38,718 bases of DNA from Octopus bimaculoides. Taxonomy: Eukaryota. The stretch covers positions 83,754,892 to 83,793,609 of the forward strand of contig NC_068990.1 in the NCBI RefSeq assembly GCF_001194135.2, given 5' to 3'. Below, in pieces: positions 20,843 to 34,683 of the stretch. A model generated the notes under the pieces. That model saw only the letters and a program-made list of their open reading frames with translations. It searched no databases and was not told where the DNA came from. Positions within the stretch are counted from its first letter, which is position 1. Each line of letters opens with the position of its first letter. The position numbers and the translations under genes are program-made.

Positions 20843-21490
20843 CTGGAAGTGGAAATCAGAAATGGATTAATTGACATATTATCATGTTAAATGGCAGTTG
20901 TGATGGGAATTGAGGTGGTGGTAATGATAGTGGGTTCAAAACGTAAGAGCATTATCACATTCTTAACTGAAGTATGGTACATTTACACTAAGGGATTAAC
21001 AGTATTATTATTAAGCAGAATTAAATCTCTGAATGAGAAATAAACAGTAGTAGCACAGAATCGTGAAGTATATTTGCCAACTAAATGTGGTGGTCCCATA
21101 GAGGACGATGCTACTGTAGTTTTTAGCCCCAGGAAGACATCTCTGCCAGCTGTGTCATTAGCAAGCTGGAGATGTCCTCCTGGGGCTAAAAACAACAGTA
21201 GCATCATCCTCTATGGGACTGCCATTCACACAAAAGTAATTGAAGGAGCTTATATTTAAATTTGCAGGCATATTTACTTTCTGCAAGCTTACATTAGAAA
21301 AGAATATAAAATTCTTTGTAAAGTATATAAAAATTGGCTGTACTAGACATCGCATTCATATTACACATAGTACTTTCAATACAATAGAAAATAGAATCCC
21401 TCCCCCGCAAAAAAACTCTCCGAATACTGTACATGTCCAAGGCAAACCGATTGCATTTGGAAATGCAGTAAAAGCTTAAAATAAAGACAA

Positions 21491-21559
<69 letters not shown>

Positions 21560-21804
21560 AATAATAATAATGGTTTCAAATTTTGCGGGGATGGGATGAG
21601 TCGATTACATTTTCTCCAGTGCTGAACTGGTACTTATTTTAGTGACCTTGAAAGGATGAATGGCAAAATGAATGGCAAAGTTAAATGGCATTTGAACTCA
21701 GAACACAAAGAGCCATAAGAAATGCCACTAAGCATTTTGTCAGGAGGGCTAACGATATTATCAATTAATCTTTATTAAAAGAAAATGAAAAATTATTATT
21801 ATAA

Positions 21805-21835
<31 letters not shown>

Positions 21836-24800
21836 TATTATAAGCAAATTATTCCACAAAACAATTATTAATTTAAAATCTTTATTGTTGGTTTAACAGC
21901 TAAATGAAAAAATAAAATTATTCAAATCACAAAGATTAAAAATAAATAGATTAGTATAAACCATGCAAGTGGGACAGTTAGAACCCTTCGTCAACAATTT
22001 AGGAGGTTAGAAATTGATAAAAAAATAAAATTTCTAAACACTTTCAGTGTATTGTGTGTTGCTTTGGTCTCATGTTAAAAAAATTATTTCTTATTTAGGC
22101 ACAAAGTTTCTCAGAACGTAGATACAAGATCTCAAATACTGGAGATACAAGGTCTCAATCAATAGGTCAGTCACTACCATTTACTGCAGTACTTCACTAG
22201 TATTTTATTTTATCAACCATGGAGGGATGAAGGCCAAGTTGACCCTGGTAGGATTTGAACTCAGAATGTAAAGAATCAGAAGAAATATTGGTTTCAAACT
22301 TTGGCACTAGACCAAACTAGTAAGTTCAGAGGGGAAAGGGTAAGTTGATTACATCGCCTCTCCCCGCATTGTTCAACTGGTACTTATTTAGTTGACCCGG
22401 AATGAAAGGCAAAGTTGATCTCAGTGGAATTTGAACTCAGAATGTAAAGACAGACAAAATGCTACTAAGCAGTGTATGAATAATTCTGCCACCACACCAC
22501 CATAACCAGAAGAAATATTAGTTTCAAATTTTTATCACAGGGCCAGGAATTTCAGGAAAGGAGATAAGTTGATTATATCAACCCTCCTAGTATTCAAACG
22601 GTACTTTTTTTAATGACTTAGAAAAGATGAAAGGCAAAGTCAACCTCAGCGGAATTTAGACTCAGAAGGAAAGAATAGACAAAATGCTGCTAAGCATTTT
22701 TCCTGTCACCTCACTGCCTTAACCAGAAGAAATATGGCAAAGCATTTTTTTTCTGCTGCTCTTACAATTCTGCCAGATTGATGTGAATATTACACAATCA
22801 CACTCGCTCCTCTTCAATAAATATCAATCTTTATACATATACTCTTTTACTTCTTTCAGTCATTTGACTGTGGCCATGCTGGAGCACTGCCTTTAGTCGA
22901 ACAAATCANNNNNNNNNNNNNNNNNNNNNNNNNNNNNNNNNNNNNNNNNNNNNNNNNNNNNNNNNNNNNNNNNNNNNNNNNNNNNNNNNNNNNNNNNNNN
23001 NNNNNNNNNNNNNNNNNNNNNNNNNNNNNNNNNNNNNNNNNNNNNNNNNNNNNNNNNNNNNNNNNNNNNNNNNNNNNNNNNNNNNNNNNNNNNNNNNNNN
23101 NNNNNNNNNNNNNNNNNNNNNNNNNNNNNNNNNNNNNNNNNNNNNNNNNNNNNNNNNNNNNNNNNNNNNNNNNNNNNNNNNNNNNNNNNNNNNNNNNNNN
23201 NNNNNNNNNNNNNNNNNNNNNNNNNNNNNNNNNNNNNNNNNNNNNNNNNNNNNNNNNNNNNNNNNNNNNNNNNNNNNNNNNNNNNAGAAGACACTTGCCC
23301 AAGGTGCCACGCAGTGGGACTGAACCCAGAAGCATGTGCCTTATAATAGAAACATAATTTATCAAGGCAATATAATCCAATGTAAAGTTTGATATATTAA
23401 TAACATCAACACCGATACACCAGAACAGTTCAGACAATTATCACCATTTATATCAAAGATATTAATCCAAAAGTATTAATTTACATCATATTCTATTTTG
23501 TTAAGATAACCGTCACCAAAAAATATTGTACAAAAATTATACCAAACGATTACTGAGCAACTCCGTTGATTTTTCTGTTCTTTAAAAATTTCAAGTCTAT
23601 TCATATATATATATATCTATATTATTTTTATGTGTATATATAGTTAGTTATTGTTGTTCAAACTTCAAGTCACCTTTGATCAAGCATACACACGAGATCA
23701 AAAATGTTCCAGTTGTGACCATCTCATCTGGGGATAGGGTGATTATATTTTCTGTGTTCTTCCTTTTACTAAAGCAATAAAGTGTGCTATTTCTAGCATG
23801 TCGAGTGTCTGCGTATGTGCATGAATATGACAGTTTGTGTGTGCAAGTAAAAGTATGAATGTGTGTGTATTGGTATGTGTATATGTATGGGTGTGTGGAT
23901 ATGTATACGTGCATGATTGGACATGTGTGTGTGTATGGTATTATTTGTTTAGCACCAGGTCAATCTGACTGACCAGACTAATAATCAAAGAGGTTACAGC
24001 CATGACTATCCCCTCTGTTTAGTACATCAACACAACTCTGTCCAATGTATTACTCTGCCACCTTTTCAAGACATTAATTAAGGATATGAATTTAGGGAAG
24101 TTTGGCTGTTATTTTTAGCAGGTTGAACAACAATAAAGGCTTCCTCATTGCCTCCCTAAGTACATGTATATATCTGCAAGTAAATATGTAAGTGTAAGTA
24201 AGAGTAAGTGCTTGTAATTATTTATATGTATGTGTATATGGGCAATATGTGTGTGATTTATGAGTTATTTATTTTTTTTTTTTTTTTCTTGGTAATTTGC
24301 TCATTACACTAATTAAATNNNNNNNNNNATTTCATTTAGATTGAGATATTCTATTTGATGCATTAGAAATGGTCCCTGCTTTTAACTCCTAGTTTTTCCT
24401 CCTTCGCTGTTTTATTGACAAATATTGCTGTAAATAAATAGACAAATTAAATAAATACACATGCATATGTCACCCCACCCCCACCCCCACACATATTTAA
24501 TAACATTTACAAGAAGAGTGACAGTGAGTTCAGTTTCACCCTGCTTACCTTCATCAGGCATCATCAGCCCTCTCCTTGTAAAAATTTAATTAACATGTAA
24601 TTTACTAAAAGGTATTGAGTAATTCTTCAGTTTAATGTTATATGGTTTTTATAATAATAATGAAATTATTGTGTATAGTGCTCAGGTGCACTACAACTCA
24701 TTAAAGGTGCATGTATAGTACATAGAATTATGCACAAAAGTCAGGAAAGTGAACAGTGTATGAGTCATGATATACATGTGTGCATGCCTACGGAGGTGGA

Positions 24801-27800
24801 AATATCAGGTGTAGCGTTGGAGAATTTCAGAAAGCATGGAGGTTTGAAAGGATGCAATGTCTCAACATAAAGCAACCATCAATCTAATTTAATCTTAGAA
24901 GAATTTAATCTTAGAAGAAATAGAGTGTTCCGACAATTGTTTTTGGAACTCAATCGTCCAAATTACAGTTGATATCTTAATATTCATTTCCAGATAATGC
25001 CCCCTTCATCAGGGAAAAAGAAAAATGATGTTTACTTTAGATATGTGTTCAGTGCTTTACGAAGGTATGAGAAAATTGGATGCTTTTATAGAAGAGTGGA
25101 TATAGCTATGTAAATTGTTTTTATGAGGGCTAATGGGAATAAAATTAGATTGCTTACTTTCTTTAAATTTATATTTATTTATATATTTCATCATCATCAT
25201 CATCATCGTTTAACGTCCGCTTTCCGTGCTAGCATGGGTTGGACGATTTGACTGAGGACTGATGAAACCAGATGGCTACACCAGGCTCCAATCTGATTTG
25301 GCAGAGTTTCTACAGCTGGATGCCCTTCCTAACGCCAACCACTCAGAGAGTGCAGTGGGTGCTTTTACGTGTCACCCGCACAAAGGCCAGTCAGGCGGTA
25401 CTGGCAACGGCCACGCTCAAAATGGTGTATTTTATGTGCGGGCTTTTATGCAGTTTCTATCTACCAAATTCACTCACAAGGCACTGATCAACCCGAGGCT
25501 GTAAAAAACTTTTGCTAAAGGTGCTGTGCAGTGGAACAAACCAAAGTTTCTTAACCACAGCAATACTTGCACCTGTGAAATATGTTGGACTATTATGAAA
25601 GGAGTTACATACAAATAACAAATTATGTATTTTCATTACAGGACAAAAGAATTGTAGCATTTTATCAGTAAAAGTACATTGATCTTGGGAAGAGATAAAA
25701 TGCTGTTGCCTTTAGGGTGCCAAATACTGCTCTCTTTAATCAATGTTTACATTTCAAAAAAGCAATAAAAAACTCTCCAGGCATTCATAACATAAAAATC
25801 AAACATTTTCCTACAACCATTAAAATGTTCTTGTTATACGAGACAACATACACAGCTGTTTTTATTCAGTAAATCATAAGGAACAGCTGTTTTATATTCA
25901 AGAATTTGCTTTTCATATTTAGGAATTATGCAACTGAATAACATTTTTTTTTTTTTTTGAAGTGCTACAATGCAAGTTTGGAAATAAAATGTAACCAGAA
26001 GCAAAACTGCATATACTCTTTTACTCTCTTTTACTTGTTTCAGTCATTTGACTGCGGCCATGCTGGAGCACCGCCTTTAGTCGAGCAAATCAACCCCAGG
26101 ACTTATTCTTTGTAAGCCTAGTACTTATTCTATTGGTCTCTTTTGCCGAACCGCTAAGTTACGGGGACATAAACACACCAGCATCAGTTGTCAAGCGATG
26201 TTGGGGGGACAAACACAAACACACAAACACACATATATATATATACATATACATATATACTACGGGATTCTTTCAGTTTCCGTCTACCAAATCCACTCAC
26301 AAGGCTTTGGTTGGCCCGAGGCTATAGTAAAAGACACTTCCCCAAGGTGCCACGCAGTAGGACTGAACCCAGAACCATGTGGTTGGTAAGTAAGCTACTT
26401 ACCACAAAGCCACATATATAATAAATAAATATAGGGATGGTATTATTAAAATACCATCATAAATAGCAAGCGAATTATCAGCCGTAAATTAATAAAATAT
26501 ATGTTTATAAAATATTAGATTATGTACATATATAGATTTGTGACTATTTGGTGGCACAGAAGTATTTTTGACTTCTGTTTTAATGATGTAGGGGCTCATG
26601 TTGTGCCCTTGTGTATATATGTACATATCTAATATAAAATGAAATAGGAAAAAACAAAAGAATAAAAGTTAAATGCAATGGTTTACTTACATCGTTGATA
26701 GTTCACGAGCAATCTGCTCTAGAGTTTTGTTTTTGGTCTCTGGGACACAGTAGAAGATGAATATAAATGCAATGGATGAGATAACAGCAAATAAGAGAAA
26801 TGTCCATGGTAATGTGATGAGGTCTGTAAAGAAAAGAGAAAGTTGAATTTTGTTTTTGTCTTTTAAATTTTATTGTGGTTGATGGGGAAGTTAGGTGGAT
26901 AATTCAAAATAGTGGATCTCCAGTAGGGTCTATATGTTCCCTGAGGGTCGATATAAGATTTTTGGGGGTCAACACAACAAAATAGTAAATTGGGGATACA
27001 CAATAGTATTTTAAGGGCCCCTGAGAAAATAATGCTTTAGATGTGTGCATTTGTGTGTATTGTAAGAAACAGCTAGGTTTTTTTCTCTAACATTTTACAT
27101 AGTTCTACCTACACAAGTTAATGTGTGAAAAACAAAATAGGAACTTTGAAAGAAGTTTCTTCAAAACTGGTTTTTAAGCATCAAATGGCTATTGGGGCCC
27201 ACCAGAATAAAATAGTACTCAAAGGACACCATAGATAAAAATGGCTGGGATCACCTGAAAGGTCATCATTATCATCAATTGAATGGTTATTTTGTGAAGG
27301 TGTATAGCCAAATGTTTAGAATGTTATACACATGATTGCTAGACCAGGCAGAGCATTGGGTTCTCAAGCAAAACACTTCATTTCATGTTGGTACATCAGT
27401 AAAAATGCTTTACCGTATATCTTCTAGCTCTCTATATTCTGAGTTCAAATCCCACCTGCCTGGAGAAGGCAACAGGTAACCACTCCAGTCTTCATCCTAA
27501 GCCTAGTCTTTGTCATTAGCACAAAGCTACACATGCATAAGGAGAAATGGTTACAGTGAATTAAACCAACCTCAGTATATGAATGGTACTTCAGCCAAAG
27601 AGAAGAGACAGGAGGAGGAGGCATCTAAGTGGTTACTCAATCTGCTAGAAATATCAACCAAAACTTTTTCAAGCTATTCTCTACTAGCTTAAAAATAGGA
27701 GGATAAGTAGGCTAACATAATCCAGGATGTACTATTTTTGGAAAGGGATAGTCATGGTGGGAAAAGCTTAGGTCTATTCAACCATGACTGGTTTGGGGGT

Positions 27801-29131
27801 TAACATGACAACAACAGCAACTGGTCCTTTATTTATCAAATATGGAGGCATGAAAACCCAAACAAACATGTCAGCAATTATCATCATCAATAGTTACTCA
27901 TTTCACACATTACGTTAGAACAAATTATGAAAGGATCATGGCTGGAACGTCTTTGAGTGCAAGTCTCCTTGATTAAGGTTGGTCTCCACAGATTAAATAA
28001 CACAGAACTCCTCAATGGTGTTCTCATTCATCACCCTGCCATTCCAGCTGAGTTCTACCCCTCAGCTCCTATACACATCACCTTGATTTATTTTTACCAA
28101 GAACTACCCTGACCCATCCCTTGCTTCACAGCCAACAACTAAACACACGCAACAGTTCAAACCCAATTATAATCATACTGACATTGATCACTTATCCCTC
28201 TCATCCAGGAGTAAGTAGGAGGATATTAGAAAACCTATTAGCGCTCTCCCTTCTTTTCAGACAAGTGCAAAAATAAAAATAAAATTTACAGTGAAAAGCA
28301 CAATCAGAATGTGATCAATGCCAGGGGTGCCGGACTGGTTCCTGTGCCAGTGGCACGTAAAAAGCACCATCTGAACATGGCTGATGCCAGGGCCCCCTGA
28401 CTGGCTCCTGTGATGGTGGCATGTGAAAAGCACTATCAGAATGTGATCGATACTAGGGCCGCCCGACTGGTTCCCGTGCCAGTGGCACATAAAAAGCTCT
28501 ATCCGAACGTGGCCATGAAACAATCATAGAACCAGGGGTGGCCATGAAACAATCATAGAATGTGGCCAAGAAAAAATCATAGAATGTGGCCATGAAACAA
28601 TCATAGAACCAGGGGTGGTCTTACAGAAGTTNNNNNNNNNNNNNNNNNNNNNNNNNNNNNNNNNNNNNNNNNNNNNNNNNNNNNNNNNNNNNNNNNNNNN
28701 NNNNNNNNNNNNNNNNNNNNNNNNNNNNNNNNNNNNNNNNNNNNNNNNNNNNNNNNNNNNNNNNNNNNNNNNNNNNNNNNNNNNNNNNNNNNNNNNNNNN
28801 NNNNNNNNNNNNNNNNNNNNNNNNNNNNNNNNNNNNNNNNNNNNNNNNNNNNNNNNNNNNNNNNNNNNNNNNNNNNNNNNNNNNNNNNNNNNNNNNNNNN
28901 NNNNNNNNNNNNNNNNNNNNNNNNNNNNNNNNNNNNNNNNNNNNNNNNNNNNNNNNNNNNNNNNNNNNNNNNNNNNNNNNNNNNNNNNNNNNNNNNNNNN
29001 NNNNNNNNNNNNNNNNNNNNNNNNNNNNNNNNNNNNNNNNNNNNNNNNNNNNNNNNNNNNNNNNNNNNNNNNNNNNNNNNNNNNNNNNNNNNNNNNNNNN
29101 NNNNNNNNCTTTTTCTTGTTTTATAAATATA

Positions 29132-29173
<42 letters not shown>

Positions 29174-32100
29174 TTAAGGATAAAAATCCAAAATTACAGG
29201 TAAAAACTCAATTAAAATCAATTTATAAAAATTAAAATTAAATTAAATTATACTTATTTATTGTGCTTTTACTTATTAATTTTTCTATATGTGACAGTGG
29301 ATTTTCATCGATGAGTTCATGAACCTTGGTTCTTTTCCCTAAAACTATATATATATATATATATATATTTAAACTTCAATTGTCACTAAGTGTGACTAAG
29401 GGTGCTGACACCTAAATTGCTAAAGATTAAGAGTTAAAATATCCTTAATGTTGTAGGAAAAGCACAGATACATGATGCTGACAAGAGAGACAACCATTCC
29501 ATACAGACTTGAAAATCCTCAGACTAGACGTCTAGTTTCGTCTGTTCTGTAGACATCTTCATTGAGGACTGCTCGGAAGGCACATGTTCGGCTAATTCCA
29601 CCTCTCAGTATATATGTATTTACCATAAAAAATTATGGATGATTTAGCAGAATGCTAATGTGTATACAAAGTTATTTCTGTATCACTATGCTGCACTTTT
29701 AAGACAATGATTACAGCATGCCATTTTTTTCATTTACTCAATCAATCTGCTGTCCGACATTATTTATCTGAAAAGTAAGATTTAAAAAAGAGTAAGTCAG
29801 AAGAAAGTTGGCGCTCTTGAAAAAGGTGTCCAGTGACCCAACCTGTATAAGCACATACACATGTATGCTGATACACTCAATTACACTTATATAGACATAG
29901 AAATTCTACAGTACATACTTGGTCCAAAACTAATGCCATATGCTCCAACATAAGCCATCAGAGCTAACAATGTCATCACATGTATGATGTGCACACTCTG
30001 AGATTCTGTAGATTCTTCTTTGTCTCGGCTGGTATTCTTGGAAATGGTCTGATTATAGAATCCAGTATGAATAAGACTTTGGTTCATAATGATGCTGATG
30101 TTGTTGTAGCGAGAAGTATTCTCATTCCTTTTCTTGCGGGTTATGCTAGTATCACAGAGGAATTTTACTGAAGTGACAATATGTGATACCGAAGATGGTA
30201 TCAATTCTCTTTTTGTCATTGTGTAATGGATGAAACTTCCATTGCTTGAGGAATTAAAGTCAGAGTTGAAGGATGGGAAATTGTGTGCAATTTTGGCATC
30301 ATGCCAATTCCGACACACCTCAAAGCTGGACAGATTGTTCTGCAGTCTCGAGCCAATGCTCAGTATAATTAAACTAATAGTCATTGTGCCAACACCAATC
30401 ATGAGTAAAATTCTTCGGCCCCAGTGGTCAACACAAAGCAGGGCAACAATTGCTACGGAAACCTGTAAAAAATATAAAATAAAATATATAAATAAATAAA
30501 TAAAGCAAAAACATTATTGAAGATAAGCCAATGGTCAGCTTTCAACTACTATGACATTTACATATAGTAACTGCTGCTGGGGGCACGTAAATAGCACCAT
30601 TTGAGCATGATCGTTACCAACGTCGCCCTCCTGGCACTTGTGCCAGTGGCATGTGAAAAGACATTCGAGCAAGTTCATTGCCAGTGCCGATGGACTGGCT
30701 CCTGTGCAGGTGGCACGTAAAATACACCATTTCGAGCGTGGCCATTGCCAGTACTACCTGACTGGCCTTCATGCCGGTGGCACGTAAAAGCACCCACTAC
30801 ACTCTCAGAGTGGTTGGCGTTAGGAAGGGCATCCAGCTGTAGAAACTCTGCCAAATCAGATTGGAGCCTAGTGTAGCCATCTGGTTCACCAGTCTTCAGT
30901 CAAATTGTCCAACCCATGCTAGCATGGAAAGCGGACGTTAAACGATGATGATGATATCAGTTATGTTAATACAAACTACTATTACTGCACCCATTCAGCA
31001 TAAGTCCCCATAACTCCATTGATGTAAGGGCATCATTAAAATCGCATATTGCTATTACTTATTCACAGAAGTAGGCTGACTTAGTCAAACCTGCACATTC
31101 ACAATATGTATTAAACAAACACACACACATACACACTCACATGCACACACTCACATATGCAAATTCAGTTGATATAGTCATGACATTATAAAGAACAGAT
31201 ACTCTAATTTATTAATTTTTTTTTTTTTTCATGTGCAATCTTATTTCTCAAAGATGTGAGCTGTAAACTTGCATTTAGAACCTCTGATCCAATAGAATAG
31301 GACATTAGAGTTGGTCATAAGGTCATTAACTCTTTAGAATTCAGATTACCCTCTCAAATGTAATACTTATTTATTCACATTGTTTTTGAATCAATCATGC
31401 TATATCTCATACCTTTGAGATTTTCATTAGGTGATTATATATATTTAGAGTGACATTGTAGGGTAGGTATGAGAGGGCAGATCTGGTTGGTCTGACCCTA
31501 AAACAGGCTGGGCATGGCTGGTTTAAATGTTAAACGCTTAAGTCTAAAATAGTTTAAGTCTACAATACAAATATATAAAAACTACACTTTGTACATCTAC
31601 ATTATTGTCCCATAAAGTATTGAAGACTGAGTACTTGTACTCTGGAAAAACTTTACAGTCTTGGAAGATACAAGGCAACTTCCTTTTTGCTGGTGCTAAG
31701 ATAAATGCAGTTAGTACACTCTGAAAAATAGTTGGTAGATGAGTGGAGACAATGTAATCTCAAGAAGTTTGTTTAGTCTTTTTGAAGCCAGGAAAACCAT
31801 GCTAAAATGCACACAATACATTTTGTTAAGTGATTGCTGATAGGAAAGGCAACCAGCTAGAAACAAAAAGACCCAAAATGAAATATATAAGATGTGGTCT
31901 TCTGTTCCCTCGTGTAGGATCAGAAGTACCTCCAAATAAGAATCAACTAGGACCATTCAGCCCATGCTAGCATGGACAGAGACAAAAGCATTGTTGAAGA
32001 TAATTATATTGATGATACTGGTGATAAAGGCACAGTTGTGCACCTATATGCAAAGACATGTATATGTGAACTGGTAAAGGTGTGCGTATATAAGAAGAGA

Positions 32101-33197
32101 AAGAGAGAATAAAATACTTCTTCAGAGAAATTTCTAGGTTTGGATAGTTGCTCATTTACCTTGACAGTTCCAAGACCAAGGGTGGCCAGTATTGCTGCAG
32201 AATCGGACGGGAAGCCAACCGCTCGGAACACAATTGGTGCATAATACAGCATGTTGGGCTGGCCAGTAAACTGAAATTAAATAAATAATTCTAAATACTA
32301 TAATGATGGTGGAAAGATAGAAACAATATGGTGATTCTGAGATGAACTGAAACAAAACATTTTAACAGGAATTTTCATTGGTTATATAAAGGGGAAAAAA
32401 ATGAAAAAACATATCCCTGACCTTTGTTAATTTGTTTTAGGTGTGCATGAAATCACAAGTAGACATAATCACCAGCTTGGCCGCCCTACGCATTGAGCCA
32501 GCAGAATATTCCGGATGTAGCAAATGATGGGAAAAAGGACTGAGCCTGTACTTGGTTGGTACTCATTTTCAGCTGAGTACACTGGAGCAATGCATAATGG
32601 CTTTACTCAAGGACACATCACACTGCTCAGTTCAGGAACCAAACCCATGACCTTCTGACCATGGTTCCAAAACCCCTAACCTAGGCTATACAATTTCACA
32701 AGGACAAGGTAGCCATTTCATTTTTAAAGAGGTAATTTGGGAGATCTGACAGTTTTATATAAATATATATGTATAGGGAGAATTCACAAAAAAAACAACA
32801 GACGAAGACAGGTGGTATAGAAAACAAACAGATGTATTAGTATAACACTCGGGAATTGAAAAAGTCTTTAACGTTTCGAGCCTATGCTCTTCCACAGAAA
32901 GGAACACAAAAAGAAACAAGGAGAGAAAAAAATGTGTGTAGTGGTCAGCGATCTATATATGTATATGTGTATGTGTATATATTGGGTTGGGGCATAATTA
33001 TTGCGGCTTTTTTTCAACAAATTTTAGTTAACAAAAACAATAACAATATTTAACAAAAACATCTTTAAATGACAGTCTGACTGTCTGCCAAGCAAATGGA
33101 AAGCAGTAATTTAAGTAAGTGGTGAATATCCTCTGGGATAATCCTTTAAAGATGTTTTTGTTACATGTTATTGTTTTTGTTGAATAAATTAAAGAAA

Positions 33198-33256
<59 letters not shown>

Positions 33257-34115
33257 ATTATTTCTTATGAAGAACCAGTTGGAATTCTATCTACAGCTCT
33301 GAAGTTAAATAAATAATCTTACAGCTTCTATGTCCTCCCTGCTGAATCCTGTGTTTATTTACTGAATGAAAGCACCTACAGGTGGAGAGCATGATAACAA
33401 TATGCTACCAACATATGTTATAATCCCATACTGAGAACAATGGTGTATTGTGTATTTACCTATGAAGCTATCTAGCTCTGTCTTTTTCCTTTCTTGCTAC
33501 TGTTGCCTTGGTTACCTGAGGACTTTCTTGCCCCTCTCACCCACCTTATATGAATAATAGTTGTTTCTAATTTAAGGAAAAAGCCAGCAATTTTGAGAAA
33601 AGGGCATTAGTTGGTACCGTTGATCCCCCAGTACACCACTAGTATTTTCATGTTATTGACTCAGAAGAGATGAAAGGAAAAGTTGACCATCGCAAGGTTT
33701 GAACTCAGAACATGAAGAGCCAGAAGAAAGCATCTCTTCCAACGCTTTAACAATTCTGCTAGCTGACCACCCTGTAAGAAGAGTAATAAAACTAACCCTA
33801 ACACATGCAAGAGGTCAAACATGGAAAATTAGGAAAAGAGGATTGAATCAATGACGGTATTAAACTGGTACTTATTTATCAACTATTGAAGTTTGAAAAA
33901 CACACTGCATTTATTGTAAAAAAGGAAAAATAAAAGAAAGAAATTGTAGAATAAGCATAGGAGTGGCTGTGTGGTAAGTAGCTTGCTTACAAACCACATG
34001 GTTCCGGGTTCAGTCCCATTGCGTGGCACCTTGGCCAAGTGTCTTCTACTATAGCCTCGGGCCAACCAAAGCCTTGTGAGTGGATTTGGTAGATGGAAAC
34101 TGAAAGAAGCCCGTC

Positions 34116-34203
<88 letters not shown>

Positions 34204-34651
34204 TTGTGTGCCTGTGTTTGTCCCCGCAACATCGCTTGACAACCGATGCTGGTGTGTTTACGTCCCCGTAACTTAGCGGTTCGGCAAAAAGAGACCAATA
34301 GAATAAGTACTAAGCTTGCAAAGAATAAGTCCTGGGGTCGATTTGCTCGACGAAAGGTGGTGCTCCAGCATGGCTGCAGTCAAAATGACTGAAACAAGTA
34401 AAAGAGTAAAAGAAGAAAAAGAAAAGAATAAGATTCATAATGGTTTTTGTGTCAAATTCATGAAGAGGATGATGACAATGATGATGATAATGATAATGAT
34501 GATGATGATGGTGATGACAATAAAGATGAGGATGATGTTGATGATTCTGATGAGGATGATGATGACGATGACAACGACGATGACAATAGATAAAGAGTGC
34601 TGAAGGAAGATCTACAAATTTTGGGTAACTGATGTAACCAAATTCATGAAT

Positions 34652-34683
<32 letters not shown>

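Noticed and set aside
23648-23768. Alternative SLC2A terminal exon (I KRKNTENIITLSPDEMVTT...FEQQ*)
   Set aside because: Phase-compatible with a fair acceptor, but no GLUT-like tail motif or nearby poly(A) signal was seen; 20698-20842 fits better. Minor alternative use is not excluded.
24549-24574. Possible 26-nt micro-exon with donor AAG|GTAAGC; also CTGATGA...GAAAC
   Set aside because: Weak acceptor and it would shift the frame relative to the terminal exon; no stem II for a hammerhead.
24985-25015. CTGATGAAGGGG...GAAAT on - strand
   Set aside because: Stem II does not pair and no NUH site is in register.
33502-33515. X-box consensus match GTAACC-AA-GGCAAC (minus strand) in an SLC2A intron
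   Set aside because: No promoter context; shows that such matches can arise by chance.
34316-34603. Met-rich 95-aa ORF / Asp-rich alternative frame
   Set aside because: Starts within a SINE and runs through a (GAT)n repeat, antisense to an intron.
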